Shown in pieces: positions 11,480 through 28,401 of a stretch of 64,000 bases of DNA. The DNA lies in assembly GCF_009914755.1 (NCBI RefSeq), contig NC_060928.1; one strand, 5' to 3'. This DNA is from the human T2T-CHM13v2.0 reference genome, Homo sapiens. Both the position numbers and the translations under genes were made by a program. Within the stretch, counting starts at the first letter, position 1. Every line of letters begins with the position of its first letter. The notes below the pieces were generated by a model. It searched no databases. It was not told where the DNA came from and was given only the letters and a program-made list of their open reading frames with translations.

Positions 11480-14169
11480 TACACATTAATTTGCGTCATA
11501 TTATCTTATAATGACTTTCTGTAAATACAGAACTTGGTACTTTCCCCTTTCTCATAGTTAGGAATATTTAGTTTCCCTGAAATCACAGAAAAAGGCTTGG
11601 TGCAGATAGCTTTCTGAGATTTCTTGGTTTTGTTGTTCTCCCTGACTTTTATCCAAACCTTCACATTTCTTCATTTCAGGTGTCTCTGTGCTGCTCGTTT
11701 TTATTTCTCTCAGATGTTTCTTCTCAGTATGGGGACTTGTCTTTGATGGAAGCCCTAATGGGTTATTTTTGAGAGTGCATAGAGTCCAAAGTGCAAAAGA
11801 CTCATGCTTAATTGTAGGCTTGTTAGTTTCACCCTCTATGGGACTGGGCAAAATTCTTCACAGTTTTATATTCTGTGTTGATTTGGCTCACTGCAGTTTC
11901 CAGTGAATCTTTGTTTGGTATTTGGGGGTTATCCTAATCTGAGGTCCCCATAAGATATCCCATTGCTTTCTCTGCTTTCTCCTCTGCAGATGCCAGTAAC
12001 ACATACATTGTGTGACTGTTGGTGGTTTATCCTCATCCACTTTTATTTTGAGGTTAATGGGAATATTTTGTCATTTAGTTTTGTTGCAAATGTCCATTGG
12101 TTTTGGTTTTGCCATCTGTTTTAATGTGAGGATCTTGGAAGGTGGAAAAACTATGCTGCCACCACAGCTGCCATCTTTCCATAATGCAATCCTCTGTTTT
12201 AAATCAGTTTCCAGATTATCCAAACCCCAACAAGAAGCATTTGATTGGCATCTGACTAGGCCATTTTGGGGCTCTCTGTAGGGAAGGGTAGGATGGATTT
12301 GGATTTTAGGTACAGTGTACATAGAGTCCCGCTTTTGACTCTCCATCCTCTAGGCTAGGAAAGCATGTGCAGGATTGTAGCCAGCTGATTTCCATCTCTG
12401 CTGAACACTGATTGAAACTAACCTGAACACAGGCTTGGCCTGGAAATAAACTTTAACAAGAAAGAAAGGGAAACTCAACTTCATCTAGAAAATCAGAGCT
12501 GAAATCGTGATGATGAACCTACTCTTTCTTTGACTTTGAGGGAGTCATTTATAGTCCTCCAAATGAAGAAACTTAGTTTATTTCTCCATTTCTAAAAACA
12601 CTGTCTTTACTTGGCTAGAAACATTGGGGGAAAGAACAAAAGATGCATTGTTTTATAAAGCTCCTTTAAAACCAGCAAATCATTTTCACATTTATATTAC
12701 TTTTGTAAAGTCTTTTCAAAATATTACATCTATGGTGTTATAAAAACCAATTGTAAATCCCCTTTGGCCTTAGAGCTATATGTCATTTTTTAGAACTATA
12801 TCAGTAGGCCTTGAAGTGAAAATGAAAAAGAAAGGTTAATAATTACATTAGTGAGCACATTGATATATGGTTTAAATTAATGTCTTTTGAAAGGGCTAAA
12901 ATAAAGTGGCACCATTAAGACATTTGAGGATGCTCTAACAAAGACTTTATTATACACAAAGAATAGCCTAGTTATTATTATTTTTAATGCAGTCCCCCTT
13001 CTTGATGACATTGGAAAATTTGGGCTCTTCTACTTATAGCGTGTCTGGATACCCTTGGACAACATGACTATCTTCCTTGTATGCTTCAGGTATTGTTTTG
13101 GCTGAGTGTGAAACCAAGTGACTGAAACCCCTTCTAAGATTCTACTATTTCAATAGGCAACAGTGTGAATTTTCAGAGAGTTGTATGATACTGTAGTCAC
13201 CGTACTCTCCAAGTCAACTATATAAAGAATAGGGTCTAAGAATCAGTGTAATAGAAAATCTCAGGCGACCATGATTTTTACATTAATTTTTAATACTGAT
13301 TTGGGAGAAGAGGCAGGGGTAGGATCGGAACACAGTGTACCTGTACCCTGGGCTAGAACTAAAACCTATGTACATGGATCAACTGGGAAATAGATAATTA
13401 CTCAGAAGTTGAACGTGGAAGAATATAGTGCTTTTGAAACCAGTGAGACCATGAGGTTTAAGCTAGGTAGTATAATTGTGTTCTGTGCCATTTAAAATAA
13501 AGTCCTGAGTCCTCATGTGACATCCAAGTGTGTAGAAATATCGAGAGCAGCATTCTGCAAGGAATTTTCCTTTAAACAATGGTTCTACAAAATGCTCTCT
13601 GAAAAAGTAAATCATGCAGTTAAATAGTGGAAAACAGTGGATATTATATACTCCTTTTGAAGAGTTGACTAAATGTTAGCACATAAAAATAGCTGAAAAA
13701 TATTAAAGTTAAGAAGCCTACATATCCGTCTATAATCTAGTGTTTCCCGATGATACCCACTTGCTCTCATTTTTTTTTCTTCAAAAGACTATTAAAACAT
13801 TAGAGAGAACTGGATATCTGAGGAGAACCTAATATCTTTTGAATATAATGGTGTGGACTGAAAGTTTGTGGGAATAAAGTGGTCAATGGATTCGTACCCA
13901 GTCTTTAAGCAATTCTAATGATACTTAGTGCCTAAAATTGTATAATCAAGCATGAAAAGTATAATTTCCAATTATGTTAGTGGATCCAAGAAAGAACTAG
14001 AACTTCTGCTGAAAAACATGCAAAGACAAGCTAGTAAAACATAAGAAAAGAAGTTGTAGATATTGGAAATAGAATAGTGTGATGTTTTAGACTTAGAGAT
14101 CTATGCAAAGAATTAATGAGTTTAGAAGAAACAGGCTAAACAAATATTGCAAACAAACAAATGTTTGAT

Positions 14170-14555
14170 CAATATAGCTGTTCTTCATAATTCCTTCTGC
14201 CTTTGCCACATCTTTAATGAGGGCTGAACAAATCTAGTCACTTTTCTAGTCTCACTTGCAGCTATGGGTGGCCATGTAACTAAGTACTTGTTAATAATAT
14301 ATAGGGGGGAATAGGGAAATTTGTGAGAAACATCTTCTTATTCAGCAACAAGGAGAAATCTAACTTTTGCAAGTATTCTCAGTCCTGCATTCTTTCTTTG
14401 CATGAGTCTTGCTACCAGAAGCCTAAGGACAAAATGGTAGTAGAGTCTGTGTTCTTGAGTGGCTGAACCAATTATGAGTACTGCCTAATTATGGACTTTT
14501 ATAATAAAAAGAAACTCTATTTGTTTAGTTTTTGTTGATAGAAGCCAAACACACC
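14170..14555 (+). mobile_element. ERVL LTR remnant (LTR33/LTR16-like)
   Basis: ctcacttgcagctatgggtggccatgtaact motif. Confidence 0.5.
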
Positions 14556-15743
14556 CAAGTTTATGTAGTAAATGTGTTCTAAAGGGCATAAATATAAGGA
14601 TATTTTGTGAGCCCTACTATTCCAAAGACATGCAGTTCTCAAGTCCTAATAAGGTTATAGAGTCACCAAGTATTTATTAAGTGAGTATTATATATCTATC
14701 ATCATGCTAGTACTATGAAAGAAATACAAAACTGTCCCCACCTTGTAGAAACTTACATATAAAAGGGATGACAGGATTTAAATAAATAAAATGGCTAGAG
14801 AATACCTAGGGCATAAATAGTCAAAATACATAGATGCGTGTTAAAAACTATGAATAGCATAATAATTTAGATAGGGGAGAGAACAATGATTGTCTGGATC
14901 AAAAAGACAACAAGAAAAATCGTGGTATTTTTATTCCTTTTGCACAGTGACTAGTGCATAATAGATATTCAATAAAAGTTCATAAAATTAAAATACGACT
15001 TTAACAATCTTGAAGGAAGTACAAGATATGGATGACATTTAGAAGCATGAAAACTTTCCTGTAGGGTGTATATTTGCATGCATGTGTGGAAGGATGAGTG
15101 TGGATGTGTACAAGTATGAGGTTAAAAAAATTAACAATGAGCAATGACTAGAAGAAATGACCTAGTGCATGCTCAAGAAAGTGAAAGTTTGAGCTCTGGG
15201 AGTTCCTGAACAGCAGGCAGAGCTTGTATCTGGAACAAAAAGAAAGCATTGAGAATTCTTGGGCTAACTGAATGGTACCATAAATGTAGAGGTCTAGCGA
15301 GACTAATGTGGTTGTAACATGCAGAATATATTGGCAGAGGAAAACTAGTTAACAATGAGTGCTTTTACAAGAGTGCTGACAACAGGATTGTACGATTATG
15401 AATTTATCTGGGAGATGTTATCAAAAAACACTTTCTCCTTCCTTGCCTTCTTTCCCTCTGTCATATTCTCTCTGACTCTGGTTAAATACAACCTTTCTCC
15501 TATTCCGTTCACTTAGCACTACTTGGAAATCCCTCCATATTTTCTTAGTCAATTTATACTCTCACTTTTCTAGACTACTTTACATCTTCTCTCTTCTGAA
15601 TCCCCAACACCCCATCCCTCATCTTCACTTCCACTTTATCTTCACTAAGGAAATAAAAGCCAAATGAAGACAACCTTCACATGCTTCTAGAAGTCTACCA
15701 TTTCTATCTTTTCTGAGCCCATATACTCTGCCTTCCATATATT

Positions 15744-15840
15744 CTGGTCAAGCTGGTCTCAAACTCCTCGCTTTAAGCAATACCCCCACCTCCAACTCCC
15801 AAAGAATTGGGATTATAGGCATGAGCCACTGTGCCCAGCC
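15744..15840 (-). mobile_element. Alu monomer fragment (FLAM/AluJ)
   Basis: gctggtctcaaactcct..gggattataggcatgagccactgtgcccagcc. Confidence 0.85.
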
Positions 15841-15917
15841 TTGCCCTCCCAATATTTAACTTTGCATGTATTGTCTCTTCTCCTGTTTAAATCAACACTT
15901 CCGCTCGTGCACTAGAT

Positions 15918-16070
15918 CAGCACTAAAGTACAACCATGAACCATTGTTGGTCATGGACTAGTAAACTGTTACTAGTCTGTGATGAGACAGTACAGAAATG
16001 GAGAATAAATGTATAGAAACTTTTATAACAATTTGACAGAGTTGATTTTATGTCTGTTGGATCTTAAACT
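15918..16070. mobile_element. hAT-Charlie (Charlie4/MER80-like) fragment inside L2
   Basis: gtacagaaatggagaataaatgtatagaaacttttataacaatttgaca resembles the Charlie4 subterminal sequence. Confidence 0.45.
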
Positions 16071-17581
16071 ACAGGTTCTATTCCTTTTGAGGACTTCTCT
16101 CCTACAATGACTTCGTCTCTTGTAACATAAATTTTTTTAAAAATTTGTATCATTACCGTCACTACAAAAATAGGCTGTAAATCTCCCATCTTAAAATAAA
16201 CTTGCTTTGATCTATCATTCTCCTTCAGTTCCTACTCTATTTCTCTTCTCTTTTTACAGCAAAACTAACAAAAAGAGTTGTCTATTCTCACTGTCTTTCA
16301 CATACTTTCTTCTTATTCTCTTTGCATGATTCTGACTTTTATCTATACCATTCCAAAATACCTGACTTTGTCAAGCTCACCAGCGATCTTCACACGGCCA
16401 GATCTCATGTGTACTTCTTTATCTCAGCATTTGGCACAGGTCTTCAGTCTTCCTCCTTGAAACACTGCCTGTGTTTGCTGGGGCAGTGCTCTTTTTTTGT
16501 TTTCCTTGCCACACTGGGCACTTCTTTTCAGTCTCATTTAATGGACCATCCTTACCTTTCTCTAAATGCATCGGGTCTCAATCCTTGAAATTTTTCTAAC
16601 CTACACTCATTTCATAGGTTATCTGATCTGGTTTCATAGCTTTGATGACTATCTCTATTCTACTGAAGCTCCATGTCCAACTTCTTTATTATTGCTAGAT
16701 CCCATTGATAAGGTCTCTGCATTTTGAATTCCATATTCAAATACCCAATTGCCTACTCATGTTCTCTGTTTGAATATCAAATTGGCATTTCTGGACTTAA
16801 AGTGTCTAAACTATGCTTCTTAATTGTCTCCTAAAACCTTTCCTTTTACAATTTTCCCTATCTCAATAAATGGCAATCCCATCCTCCCAGTTGGTCGGAT
16901 AAAGTATCTGGAGTCATCCTCATGCCTCTCATTTTCTTAAACTCTGCATCCAATTTATCAACAAATCCTATTGGCTTTACCTTCAAATCATATTTCAAGT
17001 CTCCCCATTTTCCTCTACTTCTGTTAATACAACCCTGCTCCAACTCACCCTCATTTCTCTAATGGACTTCTCTAATGACCTCCAAACTGGTATTCCTTTT
17101 TCCACTTTTGCTCTCCTGCAATCTGTTCACCACACAGCAGCAGGGTAATTTCTCTTAAAACTTAAGTCCAAACAAGTTAGTCCTCTGTTCAAAACTCTCT
17201 GCTGATACTCCTCTCACTGAGAATAAAACTTCAAATTATTACACTGGCCCCTGGCTCAACCTGATCTGGCCCCTGCTGCCTATCAGGCTCTCCCCTATTG
17301 CACTTTCTTTAGCTTACACCTATGGGGTATCTTGCTGTTCTTTGAACAGCTCAGCAGCCATTGCACTCCTGCCTCAAGGCCTTTGCATTTACTGTTTCTT
17401 CTTCTTGAAATTCTTTCTCCAGTTAAATGCATGGCTTACTCCCTCACCTCATCAGTCCTTGGCTCATTTCAATTTATGAGAAAGAGGTTTTATGACCAAG
17501 TTTTATGAAATAACACTGATCTGCCCTGCCTCACTCTCTTATCCCCAGATTCTGTGTTTTTTTTTGTTTTTTGGTGGTTTA

Positions 17582-17664
17582 AATTTTTTTGTAGAGATGA
17601 GGGTCTTGCTTTGCTGCCCAGGCTGGTCTCAAGCTCCTGGCCCAAGTAATCCTCCTGCCTCAGC
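17582..17664 (-). mobile_element. Alu fragment
   Basis: tttttgtagagatgagggtcttgctttgctgcccaggctggtctc..cctcctgcctcagc. Confidence 0.8.
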
Positions 17665-19849
17665 TATATTTTTCTTTAGAGCACTTTACATCTGCTTATT
17701 AAAACATGTGTTTCTCTATTGTTTGTTTCTCCTGTTTAGAATTATGACTGATGTTCCTTTGAATTAGTTGGGTCCATGCTTGGTCCTTTTGCCAGTTGGG
17801 AAAACTCAGTATCAACCTCACATTCCTCTACTCCCTCTGTCCAGGGTGGCTGTCTATGCCACTGTACACATAACTCTCTCCCACCCACCTGCCCTCATAT
17901 CCCCACTTCTCCTTAGCATCCATTACATTGGCATTCAGTTTTATAACAGAATGTGGGACTTGCAGGGCCTCTGCCAAAGCCCTGCACATCCAAAGTCATT
18001 TAGTGAAGGAATCCATTATGATCGGCACTCGCAGAGATAAATCCCCCGTGATGGAGGCAGCTCACTCACACAGAGCAGTAGCTCTCTTCCTAATGGCATT
18101 CTGCTCTGCTTGGCAGGCAACCTGATGTGCACTCTCCCCCTCTGGAAAAACAACAAATCACATAGAAACATCCAACAACAATAACAACCATAGGAATAAA
18201 AAACAAATACTCAGGACTGCCTGAAGAGAGACAAAAGAAACCTAGATTTCAGTCACAGTGATTGTTCAGGTTTTTGCCCCTCAGCATGATGGAATTGCTA
18301 GTTCAGGCACCTCAGGGCCCCTGCTCTCTTACAGTTTGGCGTGCTGGTCCTTGCAACTGGCTAACAGAGGCAGGCAGAAGCAAAGCTCTCACAGAAGCTG
18401 ACGGTTTTGCACTCTCCAACACAGAAGAATCCTTTTGCACAAGGAAAGAATAATTTTATAAAACGTATTCTTCCGGTTGAAGGCACCTGAAGAACTCTTC
18501 CAAATAACTGGTATAAGAACTTCCCATTTTGGGGGGTAAGTGAATCACAGAAGATTCATCCCTTACTATTCTCTATTAGCTTTTTTGAGTCATCATTGCA
18601 TTTGGGAGTAGAAAGCAGAGACCAAGAGGAAGGAAAAGATACATTTATTGAATGTAATTAGGGCTTCACTCTTTCAATGAAGAATTTTTCCATTAAACGA
18701 GTAAGGTCTTTTTAAATAACATATTCCACCAACTCATAGATTTTAAACTGTTTGTTTAAAAAGCACAGTGAAAGACAAAAAGCATGTTTAGCTAAATTAT
18801 CTTTGTATAGTATATTTCATAGAATGTGGATAATTTACCCACATTGTATCAAGCTTATATTTTAAGCAAATAGGAATCCTTTGAGTAGATATAAATATAG
18901 TCAAGAACATACACCTATTTCATAACCTTCTTCCTGAAGCAAATTCATTTACGTAGTTTGATGAAGGGAAAGCTGAGAAAAATTTAATAATGGTCTTCAA
19001 AAAGATGTGAGTTTATTACAAATTAAATGTGCTTTTCTGCCACGGAGAATAGAATGAAGAAAATGGATTTCAGTGGTAGAGATTCAGGCACAAGTTGGAT
19101 GAATTTTCAGAGAGTGAAGATTATTACACTTGGGGAGAGGCTTAGTAATGAAGGATGAATTGCTTTAGCAGTACAATTCTAAAAAAGTGGAAAGCCTTGA
19201 ATATTTAATGAGATTCAGACTCTGAACATTTGGACAGGTCATAGAATGCTTCTGTTTTCTCTACTGCAAAATGAAGGTGGTGGTTTCTTCTAGTTTTAAG
19301 CATATACTTGTTTGGAGGCAAAGGAGTAAACTATTTGAGTGGATGAAGTTTTCCCAGGTAAAATCTTCTTTACAATGGAATCTCATAACTGCAAATACAA
19401 GTCCCCTAGATTGAACTCTGACAGAAAAGCTTCAGTGAGAACTTCTGGTTGTGTCCTCCTCTTCTTGGGGGAACAGAATTTCAGTTCCCATAGTTGTTGG
19501 TGTGACACCACAGGTAGAGTTTATTTCCCATCCTGATGACTGGGAAATGGCATGTGCACTAAGCCCCCAACAGCACTGGAGAGTTTTAGGGTGTGTGTCT
19601 TCAGTACTGTGGGAGCTGACGTTTGCATTGCTGTTTCCTAGGAGGAAACAGCAGCTTCTGCCTGCCATATGTTCATATAACACTGCATGCCAACTTGCAT
19701 GCCATATCATGCCAGCCTGGAAACAAGTATGTTCACCAGTACTATATTAGCATCATCCTACTTGCAATCTAATTAATAACTAGCTGTCTTCCTGCAGCCC
19801 TTGAAGACAAATGTGAAAGCAACTTTGTCATGTTTATTAAGAATATACT

Positions 19850-20002
19850 TATCTTCTGGTATTTTAATATGGACAATGGAAAAGGGAAATTTCAAAATCT
19901 GTGGAGCATTGATGAATCTGAAGGAAAGGTTCAAAGGATTCTTTTTACTGTTTTGAAACTTCCTGTGAATCTGTAATTATTTCAAAATAAAATGTTTAAA
20001 AA
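19850..20002 (+). mobile_element. L1M 3'-end fragment
   Basis: aacttcctgtgaatctgtaattatttcaaaataaaa, an L1MC/ME-type terminus. Confidence 0.55.
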
Positions 20003-20712
20003 ATATGATACAAACTTAGGGATGGCCTTACATATCAATAGAATAATCAGTAGTTTATTTAACATCAATTCTGGTATTTACAAAGTTTACAATTGTAAAG
20101 TTCATATCAAATATTGGAACTCTGATTCCATTAGATCTTTTAAAGATCACTTTAGTATGAATGAAAGATTGAGGGTAAAGTTACGAGAGGTCAATGTTGA
20201 CTTGCCAAGGAGGCTAATGGCTAGACATTTCTCTGCTTCATCACCCTGCCCAAAGTTATGCCGGAGAAGAGTTCTTTACTGTACTCAGATTGGGCAGTTT
20301 GTGAGTAAAGAGTCTGTGTTTCATTGCAACACAAGTAATTTTGCAATTTCAAAAGAAATACTGACTCCAAAAGAAGTGACTATGTATCTTGGACATCTTT
20401 ACTTTGAAGACTCTCAATGTAGGGTCAAATGACTGCATAAGGAATCCTTTCTTCCTCTAAATTGAACTATATTCAGGAGTAATTAAGGACACTTTGTATT
20501 TTTTTTTATTATACTTTAAGTTTTAGGGTACATGTGCACATTGTGCAAGTTAGTTACATATGTATATATGTGCCATGCTGGTGCGCTGCACCCACTAACT
20601 CGTTATCTAGCATTAGGTATATCTCCCAATGCTATCCCTCCCCCCTCCCCCCACCCCACCACAGTCCCCAGAGTGTGATATTCCCCTTCCTGTGTCCATG
20701 TGATCTCATTGT

Positions 20713-23258
<2,546 letters not shown>

Positions 23259-23773
23259 TAAAGGAGAACATAAAAATTTGTTTCCTTGTGAACAATAAAT
23301 GGTGCGATTTCTTGATAGTTTAAGAAAATCTGTGCCATTGATAAATAACTAAATTTAATTAGGGGAAATAATTCTTTTCAACTTAAAGAGTGAGCTAATA
23401 TTGGTACTTTAGCACCCTAACGTTATTAAGAAGAAACTAACTCGCTGTTTCCTAATTTTGCTATAAAATTAGACCAAATTAAGAAAACAATGTTTAAGTA
23501 ATGTTGAAATGTTGAATTTCTTACTAAAATATTGTACAGTAGAAATTAGGCTGTGTAAATTCATTTGGCTAATGAAGTGAAAGGGAACTCATGGTATCAT
23601 GCCAGTCTTCTAAGAACCAGGTAGGGGGTGTGGTAGAGAGGCTGGCATAGAGACCTAGAATCCAGAGAGTCTATGTTCTAATGCAGTAGTCTTCTCATGA
23701 TCATTAAGCGTATGTAAAGTGACTAAATGAATGCCATGAACTTGTTAATGTATATTATAACTCTTCCTGACAA

Positions 23774-23927
23774 ACATATATATATATATGTATACACACA
23801 CACACATATATATACACACACATATAGAGATATATACACACATAGAAGATACACACATACATATACAACACACACATATATTATATGTGTGTGTATATAT
23901 ACATATATACTATGCTATATACACAAA
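23774..23927. repeat. Compound (TA)n/(CA)n microsatellite
   Basis: Direct reading. Confidence 0.9.
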
Positions 23928-24516
23928 TAAGGCTCCACAGATTTTGAACTTTCCCCTCTGTTAATAAGATAAAAGAAATGTATTTGTAAGTAATACAATA
24001 ACTTCTTTAGGTTTTAAAACTCATACTTTTCCCAATAGCATCTACAGATTCATATTTGATGTTGTGAAAAGAGAATTTGTACAGTTTTCCAAACTTGTTG
24101 GAGTTCTATTAAAAGAACCAAATTTCCTGGAAGGAAGTGAGGATTTTATTCTAATTTAAACCAGACTGTCAGATATATATTTAGACCAGAAAAACTAAGT
24201 ACAGTGATTTGAATTGATATCCTGTGCAGAAGCAGGGGCCTAAAATATGTAATAGCTTGTTTTATGGGCAAAACTATATAGTAAACTCTTCATTGACAAT
24301 GGAATGAGACACAGATTTAGAGGAAAAGAAAAGGAGTAAGGTGCATTATAAGCCCTTAACTTTTGTCTTTTTGTTTCTTTTGATTAGAAACTACAATGAT
24401 ATTTAGGGTATGAATTATGATTTAGTAAAGAGGTTTTTATCTCAGGAGTTATGTCATCAGTATTATAGAGTAATGCTAAGAAATTAACAGGGGTTCATAG
24501 AAAGTAAGGTGGGGGC

Positions 24517-25044
24517 TATGTTCCAGTTACTAATTGTTACTTAACATTGAACATTTTTTCCGATGCTCACATTCTGTGGGTCAATAATTCAAGGACAACC
24601 TGTCTATACTGCATGATATCTAGAGCCTCTACTGGAACGGGTTGAATTGCTAGAGATGGTTGGAATGGTTGGCATTCTTGAGCGGCTGGAACAGTTGATG
24701 GGGGCTGCTATTACCACTTTTTCTCCATACAGTTCTTCTACATAGCTACTCTGGGTTTCCTGACAGCCTGGAGGCCTCAGGGTAGTAAGGGCTCTTACAT
24801 GGCATTTGGCTTCCCTCAAAGAGAGAGTTCCAAAAGAGGAAAAATAGAAACTGCCAGTCCTCTTAGGAATTAGGCCCAGAACTGGCAAAGCAAGATTGTG
24901 GCATATCTTGCTGGTTCAAGCAATGAGAGGTCAGCCGAGATTCAAAGGACTCCATAGATTCCACCTTTCGATGGGGGAGTGACATACAAGTACATATATA
25001 GAAGGCAGGAATTGATGGTGGGCCCCTTGGAGATAAGCTACCAC
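24517..25044 (-). mobile_element. MaLR LTR (MLT1J/K-like)
   Basis: gctcacattctgtgggtca..cttacatggc..ggcccagaactggc..gattcaa..gctaccaca. Confidence 0.65.
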
Positions 25045-26329
25045 AAACCACAAGGAAATTTTTTAGTTAATATAGCTTTGTAAACACATAATATAGTTTT
25101 AAATAGATGAGGTTCCATTATTTTTAGTAGGTTAAAATCCATGCACTAAAAAATATGTCTAAATGTATAGAAAGCCAATTTCAGACATAAATTCAGGTGC
25201 AGCAGGAACACAGAAAGTTGTATTAGATTCTGAAGTTGTCTCCATGGAAAAAATAATACAGACCAAATACCTGAGTCACTTTAAACTAGTCTGGAAGAAA
25301 AATATGCAATATGGGTCAATGTTGTATCGGCAAGGAGGTACCACTGGTCTTTTTAACCCTAATATCTATAATGTGTTTTAATATTTGTCTTCTTTTGTGG
25401 TCAATAAAACTATGTGATAAAGTTTATTGAACTGTGAACATTGTCCATTTTGGGGATTGTATCCAAGCATATGACCAGGTCCCTGGGATGCTACTGAACT
25501 GCATAATCTATCACCTAATGCAATTTGTGGGTGCATTAAAGAAGTTAAGCATATTGCAGCTGTGAAACTCCTCTAAGCAGAACATGTATTCCTCTTCTTT
25601 TAAAAACGTGCAGAAATTCTTTCATCAGGCTATTTGCAAGTCCCTTGCTTCTTCATGTCAGCTGCCCTTGGCTGCAAGATAGCCATAAAACATTTACTGC
25701 AAAGCCATGAAGAATCCATATGTCCATTTGATGTGTCAGGCCACCAAGAAGCCAGAGCTTGTGGGGAAGCATAAGGATATCTGAAGGTGACACATGCTGT
25801 CAGTTGATGAACAGAGATGCAGAAGGGAATTCTGGCAGCCTCTATCTTGGCCTTGACAACTTGTGATGGTGACCAGGTGGGGTGTGTTATCTTAATAGTC
25901 TGGAGCTCTTGTGAATTATTTGCTGATAGATGTAAACAGCTGTTATTCTTGGTAATGGAAAGCAATTAGAAACATCTGTACTCTTGGCTATGAGTAATGC
26001 CTCCTATCCTCACTGCTCCCAAGTGCCAATTGGAAATAACTACATCATCGGGATGGTGTTGGCAATTCTACACTGCATTATGGGCTGATGATTACTACTG
26101 AGCTGTGAAGAACAAGAGGTGAAGTACAGGGGGGAAAGGCTTTACCTGAAATTTATGAAGCAAGAAGGAAAACTTACTGCTTTATCTGGGTAACAGAAGG
26201 CAAGCACTAGGGCTTTGGAAAAGGTACATTTGCATCAACCTCAGAACCATCCCAGTATAAAAAGTTACTTGTTCTTAAAGGGCACAATGTTAACTTATTC
26301 ATTCAACAAGCCTAATACAGGGATTAAGG

Positions 26330-26550
26330 ATTAATGCTGGACTGCTCAGATTTGCATCTTGGCCCTCCTACCTATGTGACCTTGGTCAAGTTACTTTATT
26401 CTCGCATCTTAGCTTTAGTTTCCTCTACTATAAAATGGAGAGTATAGTATCAGTATGAGAATAAAATGAATTAGTATATGAAAGGTGCTTGGAACAGTGC
26501 ATGGCATGTAAAAAGTACCCAGCCAATCTTAGTTACTGTTATTATTATTG
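26330..26550 (+). mobile_element. MIR
   Basis: tgtgaccttggtcaagttactt..agtttcctctactataaaatgg..gtgcttggaacagtgc. Confidence 0.75.
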
Positions 26551-28401
26551 AACACATACTGTGTGTTTGGCATGACTAAGCTCTGGATATAGTCTCGAGC
26601 AGCACATTCAAGATGGCTGCTCACATAGGGATCACAACTTAGTGTAATATTCATAAAAGTATCTAATCTACAGCCAGGTATATAGCAGAAATCTAAAATA
26701 GTTTATTTACCTTTTTTCTTTTGCTTTCCAAGATAAGGTTTATGTGCTAGTTTCCCAAAGACTGGAAACTAGGACCTATGAAGCAGGCCAGATCCTACTT
26801 CAGGTCTTAGTTGTGGATGGCTTGATGGAACTATGAGTCTGTATGTAGTTCAAGATGAATAAAAATTACTCAGAAAAATTTTGTTGTTAGATCTGTTAAG
26901 TAACCATATTCTAATACTTATTTTCTCTACACAAGGAGAATACTTATTTTTCCCCTCCTACAGGATTCCTATATTTCTTCTTTCTGATGCTCATGAAGTT
27001 ATCCAGTACACACACACATTGCCAAGATGAAATATAGTATTATCTATGTGCCTCATGATTTAGAGAAAATAGAGACCAAGTTCTGTCTCTGAATACAGTT
27101 GTCATGGTATATCGTTTCATGATAGGGATTGCCAAAGAAGATAAATAGTTGCCATAGGAAGAAGTGATGAAGAACTGGAAAGAATTCTGGTCATAAGAAA
27201 GGGGAAAATTGAGGCAGATTTTTTCGCCCTACTAGTTTAATATCATTTTAGAAACTATAGTCCACCAGACCTAGACCTTGTCCTGAAGTAAGGCAACATT
27301 TTCACTCACTCATTCAAAAAATGTATAATGAGTTCTTCCTTTCTGTCATATGTATAGTAGGAAAATGAACAAGAATGGGACATAGATCCTGCAAAGTTAC
27401 ACTGATTTTCATGTGCATTCTATCAATTTGAAATTTATATTTGATATTTATGTGAAGCAAATGGGTTATCCTGAAATCTCAGTGTGCACAGATCTAGGGC
27501 AAGGCTTTAGTTTCCTAGGGATAAGGATTATAAAACTGAGATGTGAAAACTAATGGAAAGGAAAAGTGAAAGGGCTTCAATAAAAATGTGACAATTTTCA
27601 GAGCTTGGTGAGTTATAACTTAAAAGGATATGCTGTAAGCAACATCGTAAATGCCAGTGAGTCTGGCGTGTTGTTGGATACCAACAAATGCTTGTTAATT
27701 TAAATATGTTTAAAAACCTTACAAAATAGGGGGAGGAGACCTTAACCAAACCAGTGCTTAATCACCTTGACAATACATTTGATATTTTAAAAGGACAAGA
27801 TTATTTTAATGGTTTTTGTTATTGTTGCTAAAAGTTCTTACATGTCTTGCTCAATTGCTCAACATGAAGGGAATGCATGGATTCTACTATTTTATCAGCC
27901 ATAGAAACTGAGGCTAGAGTACTGAATCCATTTTACAGTACTTAATAGAAATAAGAATGACTTTTGAATCTTCTGGCTCCTACTAAGAAATTTGTTTCTT
28001 TTGATCTTGTTCTTGCATTTTAAAGAGAACACATTTAAAATGCAAACGCTGCCCATAAAAGATAATAAAAGACAATGGAGACTGATAAGTCCTCAAAGAC
28101 ATGTCTGTGCCATCAGAAAGAAGAGACAGGTATATGATACTATAAGGTCAGCTGAAAATGAACACTGTCTACAGCCTGGAGTAATAAGTCTTACCAAGCT
28201 CTCTCTCTGCTATATCCCGAAGTTCGCCACCCTGCAGGTCAGCCCGTGAGGGCCATCCAGCTTCCATCTCCCAACACTAAGTTCACTTTGTGTCTCCCAT
28301 GACAGGGAGGAAACTTAGCATTCCTTGGAGACCTGAAGACATGCAGTTAGCTTAAGAACTTTCAAGAGCTTACCAATAAGTCAGCCCTTGTTCATCCCCA
28401 A

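Larger units (their letters stand above)
15430..17740 (+). mobile_element. L2 LINE (long, interrupted)
   Basis: Pyrimidine-rich L2 motifs such as tctcagcatttggcacag, cccaattgcctactc, aaatggcaatcccatcctcccagttg, ctgcctcaaggcctttgca. Confidence 0.8.

Noticed and set aside
9748-11486. Dense cluster of overlapping ORFs
   Set aside because: All lie in the GC-rich MER52 LTR on both strands, where stop-poor composition explains them.
19683-19704. Paired GCATGCCA motifs as a p53 element
   Set aside because: Poor match to RRRCWWGYYY flanks and non-canonical spacing.
19992-20432. 146-aa ORF
   Set aside because: Starts in an L1M tail, has no recognisable domain and no supporting splice structure.
20635-20670. 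G-quadruplex-forming tract on the minus strand
   Set aside because: Standard L1 3'UTR G-rich tract, not specific to this locus.
25560-25680. Minus-strand peptide RSKGLANSLMKEFLHVFKRRG resembling a GNAT motif A
   Set aside because: Flanked by stop codons and I could not extend it to any acetyltransferase I know; probably chance.
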